Below are positions 18,232 to 31,515 of a DNA stretch of 64,000 bases, in pieces (within the stretch, counting starts at the first letter, position 1; each line of letters begins with the position of its first letter). This DNA comes from Deltaproteobacteria bacterium (GTDB lineage Bacteria; Chloroflexota; Dehalococcoidia; Dehalococcoidales; BS750m-G39). Position numbers and translations under genes: made by a program. The stretch lies in NCBI GenBank assembly GCA_030603275.1, contig JAUVYB010000001.1, forward strand, positions 125,839 to 189,838, written 5' to 3'. The notes beneath the pieces were generated by a model. It searched no databases. It saw only the letters and a list, made by a program, of their open reading frames with translations, and was not told the DNA's origin.

Positions 18232-19407
18232 CTACATAAGCATGCCCAGCAGTATGCCGGCAACTACGGAAGTGGCAACTGCCCCCGCCATATTGGGCCC
18301 CATGGCATGCATCAGCAGGAAGTTTCTCGGGTTAGCCTCCTGCCCCATCTTCTGCACCACTCTGGCCGACATCGGGATAGCCGATACACCGGCGGCGCCT
18401 ATCAGCGGGTTTATCTTTTCCTTGAGGAAGAGGTTGACCAGCTTGGCCGTCCACAGCCCGCCGGCGGTGCCGAAGGCAAAGGCTACTATGGCCAGCCCGA
18501 TAATGGCCAGGGTCTGGCCGGTAAGGAATACCGAGGCCGGCATCAGCGCCCCCACCGTTATTCCCAGCAGGAAGGTGAGGACATCGATAAACACCCCACC
18601 CGCCGCCTGGGCCAGCCTATCGGTAACCCCGCTGACCCGCAGCAGGTTGCCGAACATGAACATGCCGATAAGGGGTACCGACTTGGGCACGAGCAGGGCG
18701 GCGACCAGAAATACAATTATGGGGAAGAGAATCTCCTCCAGCTTGGAGACCTGGCGCAGCTGGGGTTTCATAACTATGGCCCGCTCTTTTTTGGTGGTCA
18801 GCAGCCTTATTATCGGCGGCTGGAGAATAGGCACCAGGGCCATGTAAGAATAGGCTACCAGCGTAATCGGGCCCAGCAGCCGCGGGGCCAGGGCGGCGGT
18901 GAGGAAAACGGTAGGCGGCCCATCGGAGCCGCCGATGATGCCGACACAGGCCGCCTCGTTTACGGTAAACATCCCGGAAACGTAGGCGATGATAAATACA
19001 ATGAAAACACCCAGCTGGGCGGCGGCGCCGAAGAGAAAGGATACGGGACGGGCGATAGTAGGCCTGAAATCGGTCATGGCGCCTACCCCCAGGAAGATGA
19101 GCAGCGGAATTACCTCGGATTCAATCCCGTAGGTGTAGAGAATATTTAATAATCCTATCTCGCCCCTGCCTATGGCCTGTATCAGCCCGCCTAAAGTCGG
19201 CACCTCGGCGGGGAAGCCCTCGGCGGAATACACCATCATGCCGCCGAGGGGAAGATTGACCATAAGGATACCGAAGCCTATCGGCACTAACAAAATGGGC
19301 TCCATCTTCCTGGCGATGCCAAGGTAGATAAGGAGCCCGGCGATTAAGAACATTATAATATTGCCCCAGCTTAATGAGCCGAAGGCGGTTTCGTAGAGGC
19401 CAAACAC
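18232..19407 (-). CDS. Na+-translocating decarboxylase beta subunit (OadB/GcdB/MmdB family)
   Basis: EPILLVPIGFG, GAMTDF, IIGGSDGP, AYSYMALVP, HAMGPN. Confidence 0.93.
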   Translation of the reverse strand: MFGLYETAFGSLSWGNIIMFLIAGLLIYLGIARKMEPILLVPIGFGILMVNLPLGGMMVYSAEGFPAEVPTLGGLIQAIGRGEIGLLNILYTYGIESEVIPLLIFLGVGAMTDFRPTIARPVSFLFGAAAQLGVFIVFIIAYVSGMFTVNEAACVGIIGGSDGPPTVFLTAALAPRLLGPITLVAYSYMALVPILQPPIIRLLTTKKERAIVMKPQLRQVSKLEEILFPIIVFLVAALLVPKSVPLIGMFMFGNLLRVSGVTDRLAQAAGGVFIDVLTFLLGITVGALMPASVFLTGQTLAIIGLAIVAFAFGTAGGLWTAKLVNLFLKEKINPLIGAAGVSAIPMSARVVQKMGQEANPRNFLLMHAMGPNMAGAVATSVVAGILLGMLM

Positions 19408-19560
19408 CTACTTATCCTTTGCCGGAGTCTCTTTAGTCCTGGCTCCGGTTTTTTGTATTATCAGTCCCACTATCCAGGCCACCAGGGACAGGATGACCAA
19501 AACGAGTACGGTCACCCCAAAGCCACCACCGGCAATCCTGGCTATTAAACCCCAGTCCAT
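19408..19560 (-). CDS. Na+-decarboxylase gamma/delta-like small membrane subunit (OadG-like)
   Basis: 50-aa MDWGLIARIAGGGFGVTVLVLVILSLVAWIVGLII... single TM; abuts the beta subunit; not in the ORF track. Confidence 0.75.
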   Translation of the reverse strand: MDWGLIARIAGGGFGVTVLVLVILSLVAWIVGLIIQKTGARTKETPAKDK

Positions 19561-19593
19561 AATCTTAAATATCCCTTAAATTTAATAAACCTG

Positions 19594-19815
19594 TCAATAT
19601 TCAATGATAGCTACTAAATCACCGGCCTCAACCACCTGCCCCACCGCAAGCTCTATCTTGGCAACGGTGCCGGCCACCGGAGCCAGTATCGGATTTTCCA
19701 TCTTCATTGATTCTAACAGGCAGACCACATCCCCCTCACCAACCTTATCCCCCACTTTAACATTCACACTGGTGATTTTACCCGTTATCGGTATCTCAAT
19801 ATTCTCCTGTGACAA
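19594..19815 (-). CDS. biotin carboxyl carrier protein
   Basis: ESMKMEN biotinylation motif. Confidence 0.92.
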   Translation of the reverse strand: MSQENIEIPITGKITSVNVKVGDKVGEGDVVCLLESMKMENPILAPVAGTVAKIELAVGQVVEAGDLVAIIEY

Positions 19816-19978
19816 TTTCTGGTCTCCTTTCTTCTTATCCGCGTCTTTAAGCCTTATCGGCGTCGATTTTACCCGCTATCAAACCCACCGCCATCTGGGC
19901 AAACTGAAAGGGCGGCTCCGGTATTATCCCGTTGTTCCCGCCCTTTTCATGCAAAAGCTGCCCTGTTAGCCATATGAA

Positions 19979-22681
19979 TTACGCTTTATCGTCTCCCAGC
20001 AATGCTCCCACGGCGGCCATGCCCGGGAAAGGTTGCTCATCTGTTTTCAGCACAATTTCACTATCGGCAACATCAATCAAAGCCTTGGAAACATAGCTAT
20101 TCATTTTTAGATGTTCCAGAAGATCACCGTTGTCCTGGATTATCTTTTCTATATCCGCTTTCAAGTCCTCCGCGCTGTAAACGGTAAGCAGGTTCTCGGA
20201 ACTCTCCACGCTGAAGACGCCCTTCAATGCCTTGATAGCGTCCGGGATAGCCGGGGGAATCTCAGTCAGTTCCGCCTCAACCTCAAAAACCTTGTCAAAG
20301 ACCTTAAATTCGCTGCGGAGCACCGATTCGGAAAGCTTATCCTCAATCATGTCCTGAATTGCCCGGCGTAAGGGCCTGGCCCCGAAGACCTCATCATAGC
20401 CCTTCTCCCCCAGGAAATCTTTGGCGGCATCGGTCACCTCCAGTTTTATCTCCTTCTCCGCCAACTGCTTTGAAACCTGGGAAAGCATCAGGTCAACTAT
20501 CCTGCGGATATTATCCTTGCTCAGGGAATGGAACACCACCACCCCGTCGATGCGGTTCAAGAACTCGGGGCGGAAGGTCTTCTTCAGCTCATCAAGCAGC
20601 TTCTCCTTCATTTTATCGTAGTCCATCTGCTGGGTCTTGGCCTCATCGTCGCGCAAGGCAAAACCGATAGTGCCGCTCTTCTTTATGAGCTTGGCGCCGA
20701 TGTTGCTGGTCATGATGATAATGCAATTGCGGAAATCAACCCGCCGGCCCTTGGCATCAGTCAGGTGTCCGTCGTCAAATATCTGCAAGAGGATGTTAAA
20801 GACATCCTCGTGGGCCTTCTCAATCTCATCCAGGAGTATGGCGCAATACGACTTGCGCCTCACCGCCTCGGTAAGCTGCCCGCCCTCGTCATAGCCGACA
20901 TACCCCGGAGGCGCCCCGACCAGCCGGGCCACGGTATGCCTCTCCATAAACTCGGACATATCCAGCCTTATCAGGGTATCCTCGCTGCCGAACATAAACT
21001 CGGCCAGGGCTCTAACCAGCTCCGTCTTACCCACGCCGGTAGGGCCGAGAAAGATGAAATTACCTATGGGGTGCCTCGGGTCTTTGATTCCGGCCCGGGC
21101 CCGCCTAACCGCCCGGGAGATGGTATTAATCGCCTCATCTTGGCCGATAATGCGCTTATGCAGAACTTCTTCCATCTGAAGCAGGCGGCTGGTCTCGTCA
21201 GAAGCCAGCTGCACCACCGGAATGCCGGTCCACATACTAACCACCTCGGCTATATCCTCGGCGGTGACCACCGGCTTCGCCTGCTCCCGCTCCGTCTGCC
21301 AGTCATCCTCCATCTGCTTTATCTTCTCTTCCATCTGGAGCTCACGCTGGCGCAGCTCGGCGGCATACTCGTACTGCTGAGAGGTAAGTGCCGCTTCTTT
21401 GTCCTTCTGCACGCTCTCCTGGGCGCGCCTGGCTTCCTTCAGGGTAACCGGTATCGTCCGGCGTCTAATTCTCACTCTGGACGATGCCTCGTCAATCAGG
21501 TCGATAGCCTTGTCGGGCATAAAGCGGTCGGGAATATACCTGGAAGCTAACGTTGCCGCGGCACTCAGTGCCTCGGCACTTATGGTCAGCTGGTGATGCT
21601 CCTCATAGCGCTCCTTAACCCCGTTCAAGATATCCAGCGTCTCATCTACAGAAGGCTCTTCCACCAAAACGGGCTGGAAGCGCCGCTCCAGGGCGGCATC
21701 ACGCTCTACATACTTACGGTAATCATCAAGGGTGGTAGCGCCGATGCACTGCAGCTCACCCCGTGCCAGGGATGGTTTGAGGATATTAGCGGCATCAACC
21801 GCCCCCTCCGCCGCCCCGGCACCCACCATTGTATGAAATTCATCTATAAACAGCACGCAGTTACCGGCGGCCTTTATCTCATCGACGACCTTCTTCAACC
21901 GCTCCTCGAACTCACCGCGGTACTTTGTACCGGCCACCACCGCCCCCATATCCAGGGTAACAATCCTCTTCCCCTCCAGCGTCTCCGGCACTTCGCCGGC
22001 GATGATGCGGTGGGCCAGGCCCTCAACGATGGCTGTTTTGCCAACCCCCGGCTCACCAATCAGCGCCGGGTTATTCTTGGTGCGGCGGCTAAGAATCTGA
22101 ACTACCCGTTCTATTTCCTTATTCCGCCCGATAACCGGGTCAAGCTTACCGGCGGTAGCCGCCGCCGTTAAATCAATACCAAGCTGGTCTAAAGCCGGCG
22201 TGCGGCTGGTAGTGCGGATCGGCCTGGCTCTGGCCACCCCCTCCCCCAGCACCTTGGAAGCCTCGGCACGCGCCCGCTCCAGGGTAACGCCAAAACTATC
22301 CAGGACGTCGGAGGCTACCCCGCCACCTTCACGCAAAAGACCGAGCAACAGGTGCTCGGTCCCGATATAGTTATGGCCAAGGTGGCGCGCTTCGTCTATA
22401 GCCAGCTCAATGATACGCTTGGCCCTGGGGGTAAGCCCGATTTCACCGGTGCTCGGCTTCTCGCCGCGCCCGATAATAAACTCCACCGCCGAGCGCGCCT
22501 TATTCAAGCCCACGCCCAGGTTAGCCAGGACCTTAGCGCCAACCCCTTCCTCCTCCCGCAGCAGACCGAGCAGGATATGCTCGGTGCCGATATAGGTATG
22601 GTTGAAGTGCTGGGCCTCTTCCTGGGCTAAAGTGAGGACTCTGCGTGCTCGTTCGGAAAACTTCTCAAATCGGCTAGCCAT
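19979..22681 (-). CDS. clpC: ATP-dependent Clp protease ATP-binding subunit ClpC
   Basis: Clp N repeats, GEPGVGKT and GPTGVGKT Walker A motifs, UVR coiled coil, IGF loop. Confidence 0.96.
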   Translation of the reverse strand: MASRFEKFSERARRVLTLAQEEAQHFNHTYIGTEHILLGLLREEEGVGAKVLANLGVGLNKARSAVEFIIGRGEKPSTGEIGLTPRAKRIIELAIDEARHLGHNYIGTEHLLLGLLREGGGVASDVLDSFGVTLERARAEASKVLGEGVARARPIRTTSRTPALDQLGIDLTAAATAGKLDPVIGRNKEIERVVQILSRRTKNNPALIGEPGVGKTAIVEGLAHRIIAGEVPETLEGKRIVTLDMGAVVAGTKYRGEFEERLKKVVDEIKAAGNCVLFIDEFHTMVGAGAAEGAVDAANILKPSLARGELQCIGATTLDDYRKYVERDAALERRFQPVLVEEPSVDETLDILNGVKERYEEHHQLTISAEALSAAATLASRYIPDRFMPDKAIDLIDEASSRVRIRRRTIPVTLKEARRAQESVQKDKEAALTSQQYEYAAELRQRELQMEEKIKQMEDDWQTEREQAKPVVTAEDIAEVVSMWTGIPVVQLASDETSRLLQMEEVLHKRIIGQDEAINTISRAVRRARAGIKDPRHPIGNFIFLGPTGVGKTELVRALAEFMFGSEDTLIRLDMSEFMERHTVARLVGAPPGYVGYDEGGQLTEAVRRKSYCAILLDEIEKAHEDVFNILLQIFDDGHLTDAKGRRVDFRNCIIIMTSNIGAKLIKKSGTIGFALRDDEAKTQQMDYDKMKEKLLDELKKTFRPEFLNRIDGVVVFHSLSKDNIRRIVDLMLSQVSKQLAEKEIKLEVTDAAKDFLGEKGYDEVFGARPLRRAIQDMIEDKLSESVLRSEFKVFDKVFEVEAELTEIPPAIPDAIKALKGVFSVESSENLLTVYSAEDLKADIEKIIQDNGDLLEHLKMNSYVSKALIDVADSEIVLKTDEQPFPGMAAVGALLGDDKA

Positions 22682-22697
22682 AACTCACCTATATTCA

Positions 22698-22726
22698 ATT
22701 ATAAAGCAAGCCAAAGTAAAGGTCAA
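22698..22726 (-). promoter_or_regulatory. sigma70 promoter of clpC
   Basis: TTGACC-17 nt-TATAAT on the minus strand. Confidence 0.65.
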
Positions 22727-22730
22727 AAGC

Positions 22731-22851
22731 CTCCTGGCAGTGGCATATTTTCCACAAGGGGTTGCCCCCTCAGTATCGTCCGCGCTAGGGCGTTTCACTT
22801 CCGTGTTCGGAATGGGAACGGGTGGTGCCACCCCGCTCTAACCACCAGAAG
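22731..22851 (-). rRNA. rrf: 5S rRNA
   Basis: CACCCGTTCCCATTCCGAACACGGAAGTGAAAC...GACGATACT; terminal helix CTTCTGGTGG / CTGCCAGGAG; ends approximate. Confidence 0.95.
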
Positions 22852-22860
22852 GCAAAGTTT

Positions 22861-22889
22861 ATTCTAGCACACTTTCCAAAACAAAACAA
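22861..22889 (-). promoter_or_regulatory. putative dedicated 5S rRNA promoter
   Basis: TTGTTT-17 nt-TAGAAT with extended -10 TG, about 8 nt before the 5S 5' end. Confidence 0.55.
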
Positions 22890-22993
22890 AGGGGCTAAAG
22901 GGGTATTTTTGTACCATATGGCAGAAAGGGGGTTAAGAGCAATAGATTTAGTTCACAATCTGTTGTATACTTGAGCATAAGGAGACCATATTT

Positions 22994-23212
22994 ATGGAAC
23001 AAACTTTCGAAGCCACCATCGAGAAGCGTGAAAAATGGTACATCGGCTGGGTAGACGCTGTCCCCGGGGCTTTTAGTCAGGGAAAGACGGTTAAAGAGGT
23101 AGAGGAAAACCTGAAGGAAGCAGTTCAACTCATACTTGAAAGTCAGCGGGACTTAAGAGACCAAAAGGCAACTGGGGAAATCCTTAAGAGAAAAATCCAG
23201 GTTAAAGTTTAG
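22994..23212 (+). CDS. hicB: HicB family antitoxin
   Basis: WYIGWVDAVPGAFSQGKTVKEVEENLKEA. Confidence 0.88.
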   Translation: MEQTFEATIEKREKWYIGWVDAVPGAFSQGKTVKEVEENLKEAVQLILESQRDLRDQKATGEILKRKIQVKV

Positions 23213-23216
23213 TTCC

Positions 23217-23414
23217 GTGAAACGCCGTGACCTCGTCAGCCACCTGATAAAAGAAGGCTGTGTTCTCCATCGCGAGGGTGCAAAACATACAGTTTTCCTG
23301 AATCCAGAAAATGGGCATATCACCACCGTTCCCCGTCACCGGGAAATAGAAACCCTTCTAGCCAGGAAGATATGCCGGCAATTAGATATCCCCCTCCCCA
23401 AGACAGGAGACTAG
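23217..23414 (+). CDS. hicA: HicA family toxin
   Basis: REGAKHTVF...TTVPRHREI...KICRQL. Confidence 0.88.
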   Translation: MKRRDLVSHLIKEGCVLHREGAKHTVFLNPENGHITTVPRHREIETLLARKICRQLDIPLPKTGD

Positions 23415-23481
23415 CCACTTGTAAGCCCCACCCCCCTTCATCCCCCACTTGGTATTATCTACCTCACCCCCCTGTGTCTTG

Positions 23482-23586
23482 CTTCCCACCCTGCCCGCCC
23501 TATAAAGGCTGTGCCTCTAACACTCCCCCACTTTTGGGGGAAGAAATAAAAAGAGGGGCTAACGCCCCTCTTGGAGTGCCCCCGTT
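23482..23586. repeat. REP-like repeat cluster, copy C
   Basis: AAAGAGGGGCTAACGCCCCTCTT (23550-23572) identical to 18099-18121. Confidence 0.8.
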
Positions 23587-23596
23587 TAACATTCTA

Positions 23597-23625
23597 TTGA
23601 CATCAATGTTTGTTAGTCATATATT
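23597..23625 (+). promoter_or_regulatory. sigma70 promoter of the lipoprotein gene (near-leaderless)
   Basis: TTGACA-17 nt-TATATT, 9 nt before ATG, no SD. Confidence 0.65.
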
Positions 23626-23634
23626 ACATATACG

Positions 23635-24471
23635 ATGAAAAGGATCTGTTTTTATGCTATTCCTATTGCTTTACTTTTGGTAATGGTTAGTGGCTTGACT
23701 ACGGGCTGTGAATGGTTATCTTCAGCACCTACACCACCAGCTTCAGAATACCCCGCAGATATTATTGGACGTGTTACGACTGCCGATAAACTTATAGCAG
23801 ATGGGGAAGAAGTAAGACGATATGGAACTAATACTAATTACTGGATAGTAGAGGTTTCATTAAAGAACAAAGATTATCAATATCCAGTTACTTCTAGACG
23901 TGATAAATCTATACCTTTGCCCGAAGGTGTTGACTTCATTTGGTCAATTATATTTAACGGCAAGGTATGGGCAGCTCCAATACTTGGTTCACCTCTGGCA
24001 ACGGTGCCGCAGGGAGAATCTGGTAATATGATATTTCCGTTTGAGATGGGCAGGGACGATAAGACAAGTGATGTTCTAATATCCTATCGAGGTCAAGAAC
24101 CCTATTCCTACGGGAATTTGCTCAGCGGTAACACCGTGGCAGTCTATGATTGGGATTTGAAGAAAGCAACACAGGCTGAAGAAACACAAAAGACTATTGC
24201 CACTGTTGAAGATATTTGGGTAAGTCATGTTCCTCGTTACTGCATTGTTGTGGAATTAAAACCAACTAATGAAGCAGTATCGAATAAAGTTTATGTGGCT
24301 GATTTGTATGAGAAAGGTAAGTTAAGGGCTACTACAAATGTGAGTTGGAACCAACCAGAAATTAATGTCTTATCAGTGAAACTTGTGAATTTTCCAGCTA
24401 CAAGAGAAGAATGGGATGCCTATTTGTGGGAGGACATCAGTCATATTTTCAGTGTAAAAGTGCACGAATAA
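23635..24471 (+). CDS. hypothetical lipoprotein
   Basis: Signal peptide ending LTTGC; beta-rich; AT-rich. Confidence 0.8.
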   Translation: MKRICFYAIPIALLLVMVSGLTTGCEWLSSAPTPPASEYPADIIGRVTTADKLIADGEEVRRYGTNTNYWIVEVSLKNKDYQYPVTSRRDKSIPLPEGVDFIWSIIFNGKVWAAPILGSPLATVPQGESGNMIFPFEMGRDDKTSDVLISYRGQEPYSYGNLLSGNTVAVYDWDLKKATQAEETQKTIATVEDIWVSHVPRYCIVVELKPTNEAVSNKVYVADLYEKGKLRATTNVSWNQPEINVLSVKLVNFPATREEWDAYLWEDISHIFSVKVHE

Positions 24472-24476
24472 AAAAC

Positions 24477-24504
24477 GGGGGGGGCTTCAGCCCCTCTTAG
24501 ACAC
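24477..24504. repeat. REP-like hairpin, copy D
   Basis: GGGGC-TTCA-GCCCCTCTTAGACAC, same core as the other copies. Confidence 0.6.
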
Positions 24505-24569
24505 TAGTCTACGAGAACTGGTGGTGGTATAATTGCTATAGGAGATGAGCGCACGTCAGGAGTAACTAT

Positions 24570-24725
24570 ATGCCCCAAAAATCGAAAAAAGGTAAACTCA
24601 AGGAAGACCGCTGTAAGATTTGCGGCGGTAAGGGTTTTCTTACCGGTGAACTTACCTGGATACACGGTAACCAAAAACAACAAAGAGACCATCCATTTAT
24701 CCCGATGAGAGAAAAACTGAAATGA
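24570..24725 (+). CDS. 51-aa basic protein with CxxCxGxG motif
   Basis: AGGAG RBS; TGGTATAAT promoter at 24525-24533; MPQKSKKGKLKEDRCKICGGKG...; ATGA overlap with the next ORF; not in the ORF track. Confidence 0.55.
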   Translation: MPQKSKKGKLKEDRCKICGGKGFLTGELTWIHGNQKQQRDHPFIPMREKLK

Positions 24726-24946
24726 AAAATATTAATCCCATATACGTGTTTTTCGCTGTAGTGTTTGCGATTGCCTTAATGCCAAGTTTCAACCAGGGAA
24801 TAAATGCCGCAGCTAGTTCCTGGCCAACTGGGGCACCTGGGTCTTTTATGTTAAACCTCATTCCTTCACCGGTTGGGCTGGTCTTTTCTTTTCTTATAGG
24901 GACACTCCTTGTTTGGCTAGTGGCAAAGGGCCTACAATCAACGTAA
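24722..24946 (+). CDS. small two-helix membrane protein
   Basis: 74 aa with two hydrophobic segments; translationally coupled to the upstream ORF. Confidence 0.55.
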   Translation: MKNINPIYVFFAVVFAIALMPSFNQGINAAASSWPTGAPGSFMLNLIPSPVGLVFSFLIGTLLVWLVAKGLQST

Positions 24947-25090
24947 AAACCCCCCACAAAAAAAGAGCCACCCTCTCAAAACACATACCCAACCACACTC
25001 CCCTTAACATAACGCCAAATTCAAATCCCCCATCCTAACCACACTCAAATTGTTCCCCCAAAATAAAAACCCCCCTATTTTCTTGAAGCT

Positions 25091-25122
25091 AAAAAAAGAA
25101 GCGCCCTTTAAAAGAGCGCCTC
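25091..25122 (-). terminator. intrinsic terminator after 23S rRNA
   Basis: Minus strand GAGGCGCTCTT-TTA-AAGGGCGCTTC followed by 7 T. Confidence 0.75.
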
Positions 25123-25154
25123 CCCTAAATCTTTACTAGTATCAACTCTGAAGC

Positions 25155-28120
<2,966 letters not shown>

Positions 28121-28268
28121 CGCTTCAGATTTGATACTAGTCTACGGATATTCAATTGTTAATGTGCTGGACATAATAAGGCGGCTTGGTGATTCGCCAC
28201 CAAGCCGCTCTTGGCTTGAGTCACCAATCGCTTACAATTATGTCTCTGCTCTCTTCATAAGCGATAGA

Positions 28269-28297
28269 ATATTATCATACCGTTCTCACTTTGTCAA
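28269..28297 (-). promoter_or_regulatory. 23S rRNA promoter
   Basis: TTGACA-17 nt-TAATAT with extended TG. Confidence 0.75.
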
Positions 28298-28337
28298 GCG
28301 TACTTTTTCCCTATTTCATCAATCGTTAACAAACTTG

Positions 28338-28366
28338 TTGACAGCCGCCGAGCGCTGTGGTAATAT
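28338..28366 (+). promoter_or_regulatory. rpsL operon promoter
   Basis: TTGACA-17 nt-TAATAT with extended TG. Confidence 0.75.
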
Positions 28367-28486
28367 TACAAATTGTCGCTAGGTAATTCGGCTCACAGCC
28401 GTTAGATTGGGTTTTAGTTTCAATCTTCGGCTTCAATGGATGAGTTACGGCTCATCCATTATAATTGTAGGGCAAGGAGAAAAAGA

Positions 28487-28936
28487 GTGCCAACAGTAAA
28501 TCAGCTGGTCCGCAAAGGACGCAAACAGATGGTCAAAAAGACCAAAGCTCCGGCTTTGCGCCTCAGCTACAATGCACTCAAAAACAAGATGGTGCAGGGG
28601 AAAGGCTCACCGCAAAAGAGGGGGGTCTGCGTTCAGGTAAAGACCACCACCCCCAAAAAGCCCAACTCAGCACTGCGCAAAATAGCCAGGGTGCGGCTGA
28701 CCAATCAAATAGAAGTAACCGCTTACATCCCCGGTGAGGGGCATGAGCTTCAAGAACACTCAGTAGTATTAATCAGAGGCGGGCGGGTCAAGGACCTGCC
28801 CGGCGTTCGCTATCACATCATCCGCGGCGCCCTGGATGCCAGCGGCGTAGCCAACCGGCGTCAAAGCCGCAGCAAATATGGAAGCAAGAAGGTAGCCCAC
28901 GCGGCAGCTGTGGCTGCTGAGACTACCGAAATATAG
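28487..28936 (+). CDS. rpsL: 30S ribosomal protein S12
   Basis: [27 protein letters not shown]; GTG start after AGGAG. Confidence 0.98.
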   Translation: MPTVNQLVRKGRKQMVKKTKAPALRLSYNALKNKMVQGKGSPQKRGVCVQVKTTTPKKPNSALRKIARVRLTNQIEVTAYIPGEGHELQEHSVVLIRGGRVKDLPGVRYHIIRGALDASGVANRRQSRSKYGSKKVAHAAAVAAETTEI

Positions 28937-28945
28937 GAGATTCAG

Positions 28946-29416
28946 ATGCCAAGGCGGGCTCGAGCAACCAAAAGAGAGATTTTCCCTGATGCCAAATACA
29001 GCAACGGGACCGTAGCCCGGTTAATCAATAAGGTGATGATGCAGGGTAAGAAAAGCACGGCGGAGAAGATAGTCTACGGTGCCATCGATATTATGGGGCA
29101 GCAGGGAGCCAAAGAGCCGGTCAACCTTTTAGAGCAAGCAATAAAAAATGCCACTCCCCAGCTTGAGGTCAAGCCGCGGCGGGTGGGAGGTGCCACCTAC
29201 CAGGTGCCCATAGAAGTCCGCCCTGACCGCGGGCTATCTCTGGCGCTGCGCTGGCTGGTAGTATCAGCCCGGGCCAGAAGCGGCAAGTCCATGGCGGAAA
29301 AGCTGGCTGCCGAGCTCAGTGATGCCGCCCAGGGGCAAGGAGTAACCATAAAGAAGCGTGAGGACACCCACAAGATGGCCGAGGCTAACCGAGCCTTTGC
29401 CCACTACCGATGGTGA
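28946..29416 (+). CDS. rpsG: 30S ribosomal protein S7
   Basis: [24 protein letters not shown]. Confidence 0.98.
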   Translation: MPRRARATKREIFPDAKYSNGTVARLINKVMMQGKKSTAEKIVYGAIDIMGQQGAKEPVNLLEQAIKNATPQLEVKPRRVGGATYQVPIEVRPDRGLSLALRWLVVSARARSGKSMAEKLAAELSDAAQGQGVTIKKREDTHKMAEANRAFAHYRW

Positions 29417-29426
29417 GGAGAGGACT

Positions 29427-31505
29427 GTGACCAGGAGTTTCCCTTTAGAACGAATACGTAATATTGCCATTATCGCCCATATAGATGCCGGTAAGACCAC
29501 CGTCACCGAAAGGATACTCTATCATACCGGCCGTACCTATAAGATTGGCGATGTAGATGACGGCACCACGGTGATGGACTGGATGGAGGAGGAGAGACGG
29601 CGGGGTATTACCATCACCGCGGCGGCCACTACCTGTTACTGGCAAGAACACCGCATCAATATTATTGACACGCCGGGGCATGTGGACTTTACCGCCGAGG
29701 TAGAGCGGAGCCTCAGGGTGCTGGATGGCGGAGTAGTCGTTTTCGACGCCGTCGCCGGAGTTGAGGCTCAGTCCGAAACGGTATGGCGACAGGCAGATAG
29801 ATACGGCGTACCCCGTATCTGCTTCATTAATAAGATGGACCGGGTGGGCGCCAACTTCAACCGCACCATATCCATGATTGAAGAGCGCCTCCACGCCAAG
29901 CCCCTCACCATACAACTCCCCCTCGGCAGTGAAAACAACTATCAGGGCATTATTGACCTGATAGAAAACAAGGCCTGGAGCTTTGAAGGCGACCCCACCA
30001 CACCACCCATAGAAATAGCCATCCCGGAATCGGAACAGGACAAATGCACTCAAGCTCGCCATACGCTGATTGAAAAGCTGGCCGAAACTGACGACCAGAT
30101 TCTGGCGGCTTACCTTGAGGGCACCACCATCACCCCGTCAGATTTAAAGCAAGCCTTAAGACGAGTAACGATAGCGGCCAAAGGGGTGCCCATTCTCTGC
30201 GGCAGCGCCCTCAAGACCAAAGCCATCCGCCCCCTGCTTGATGCTATTATTAATTATCTTCCCTCGCCGGCGGATATGCCGCCGATAAGGGCTACTGATA
30301 TCAGAGTCGGCGGCGAGGTTACTCGCCCCGCCCGCGACGACGTCCCCTTTTCGGCGCTAGCTTTCAAGGTGGTCTCCGACCCCTTCGTCGGCCGGATGGT
30401 CTACTTCAGAGTCTATTCCGGCACGGTAAAGGTAGGAGCGCAGGTATACAACTCCACCCGGGGCAAGAGGGAGCGCATCGGACGCCTCCTAATAATGCAC
30501 GCCAACCGCCGTGAGGAGGTCGAAGAGGTCGGTGCCGGCTCCATCGTGGCCACTTTAGGCCTCAAAAACACCTTCACCGGCGATACCCTGTGCCATTACT
30601 CCCAGCCGGTGCTCCTGGAAGCCATCCGCTTCCCCGAGCCGGTTCTCTCGGTAGCCATTGAGCCCAAGACCAGAGCCGACCAGGACAAACTGGGCGGAAC
30701 CCTGACCAAGCTGACCGAGGAGGACCCCACCTTCAAGGTAAAGTACGACCAGGAATCGGGGCAGACGGTTATTTCAGGCATGGGTGAGCTTCACCTGGAG
30801 TACCTGGTGGGCAGACTTCTCAGCGAGTTCGGCGTCAAGGCCCAGGTAGGCAAACCCAAGGTCTCCTACAAAGAGACCATTACCATACCCGTGGAAGCAG
30901 AAGGTAAATTTATCCGGCAGAGCGGCGGTCACGGCCAGTACGGCAATATCTCTATACGGCTGGAGCCGATGGAGCGCGGCGGCGGCTTTCTGTTTGTTGA
31001 CAAGGTTAAAGGCGGGACTATTCCCAAGCAGTATATCCTGGCGGCGGAGACGGGCATTAAAGGAGCTATGGAGACCGGGGTGGTCAGCGGCTACCCCATA
31101 GTTGATATCAAAGCCACCATCTATGACGGCAGTTATCACGAGGTTGACTCTTCGGACATCGCCTTCAAGATGGCCGGCTCACTGGCGCTGCGCAACGGCG
31201 TCACCCGGGCCAAGCCCATCCTCCTGGAGCCGACTATGAAACTAGAGGTAGTTGCACCGGATGAGTTCCTTGGTGATATAATAGGGGACCTTAATTCCCG
31301 GCGGGGACATATTGAGTCTATAGAGACACGGGACGGATTGGCGGTTATTCACGCCCTGGCACCCCTGGCCGAGACCTTCGGCTATGCCACCAGCCTCAGG
31401 TCACTAACTCAGGGCAGGGCAACCCATTCTCTGGAGTTCTGTCAATATGAGGAAATGCCGGCGGAACTGGCCGACCGGATAACCGGCAAAGCCGCCGTCG
31501 GATAG
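29427..31505 (+). CDS. fusA: elongation factor G
   Basis: [33 protein letters not shown]. Confidence 0.98.
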   Translation: MTRSFPLERIRNIAIIAHIDAGKTTVTERILYHTGRTYKIGDVDDGTTVMDWMEEERRRGITITAAATTCYWQEHRINIIDTPGHVDFTAEVERSLRVLDGGVVVFDAVAGVEAQSETVWRQADRYGVPRICFINKMDRVGANFNRTISMIEERLHAKPLTIQLPLGSENNYQGIIDLIENKAWSFEGDPTTPPIEIAIPESEQDKCTQARHTLIEKLAETDDQILAAYLEGTTITPSDLKQALRRVTIAAKGVPILCGSALKTKAIRPLLDAIINYLPSPADMPPIRATDIRVGGEVTRPARDDVPFSALAFKVVSDPFVGRMVYFRVYSGTVKVGAQVYNSTRGKRERIGRLLIMHANRREEVEEVGAGSIVATLGLKNTFTGDTLCHYSQPVLLEAIRFPEPVLSVAIEPKTRADQDKLGGTLTKLTEEDPTFKVKYDQESGQTVISGMGELHLEYLVGRLLSEFGVKAQVGKPKVSYKETITIPVEAEGKFIRQSGGHGQYGNISIRLEPMERGGGFLFVDKVKGGTIPKQYILAAETGIKGAMETGVVSGYPIVDIKATIYDGSYHEVDSSDIAFKMAGSLALRNGVTRAKPILLEPTMKLEVVAPDEFLGDIIGDLNSRRGHIESIETRDGLAVIHALAPLAETFGYATSLRSLTQGRATHSLEFCQYEEMPAELADRITGKAAVG

Positions 31506-31515
31506 AAGAGGGTAT

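Noticed and set aside
22709-22727. Possible CtsR box at the clpC promoter (AGCCAAA...GGTCAAA)
   Set aside because: The spacing is not the canonical 3 nt and the match coincides with the -35 element
28436-28461. Perfect hairpin in the rpsL leader and the upstream ATG extension of S12
   Set aside because: The true start is GTG 28487 with an RBS; the hairpin may be an ordinary leader structure and cannot be assigned to a family from sequence alone
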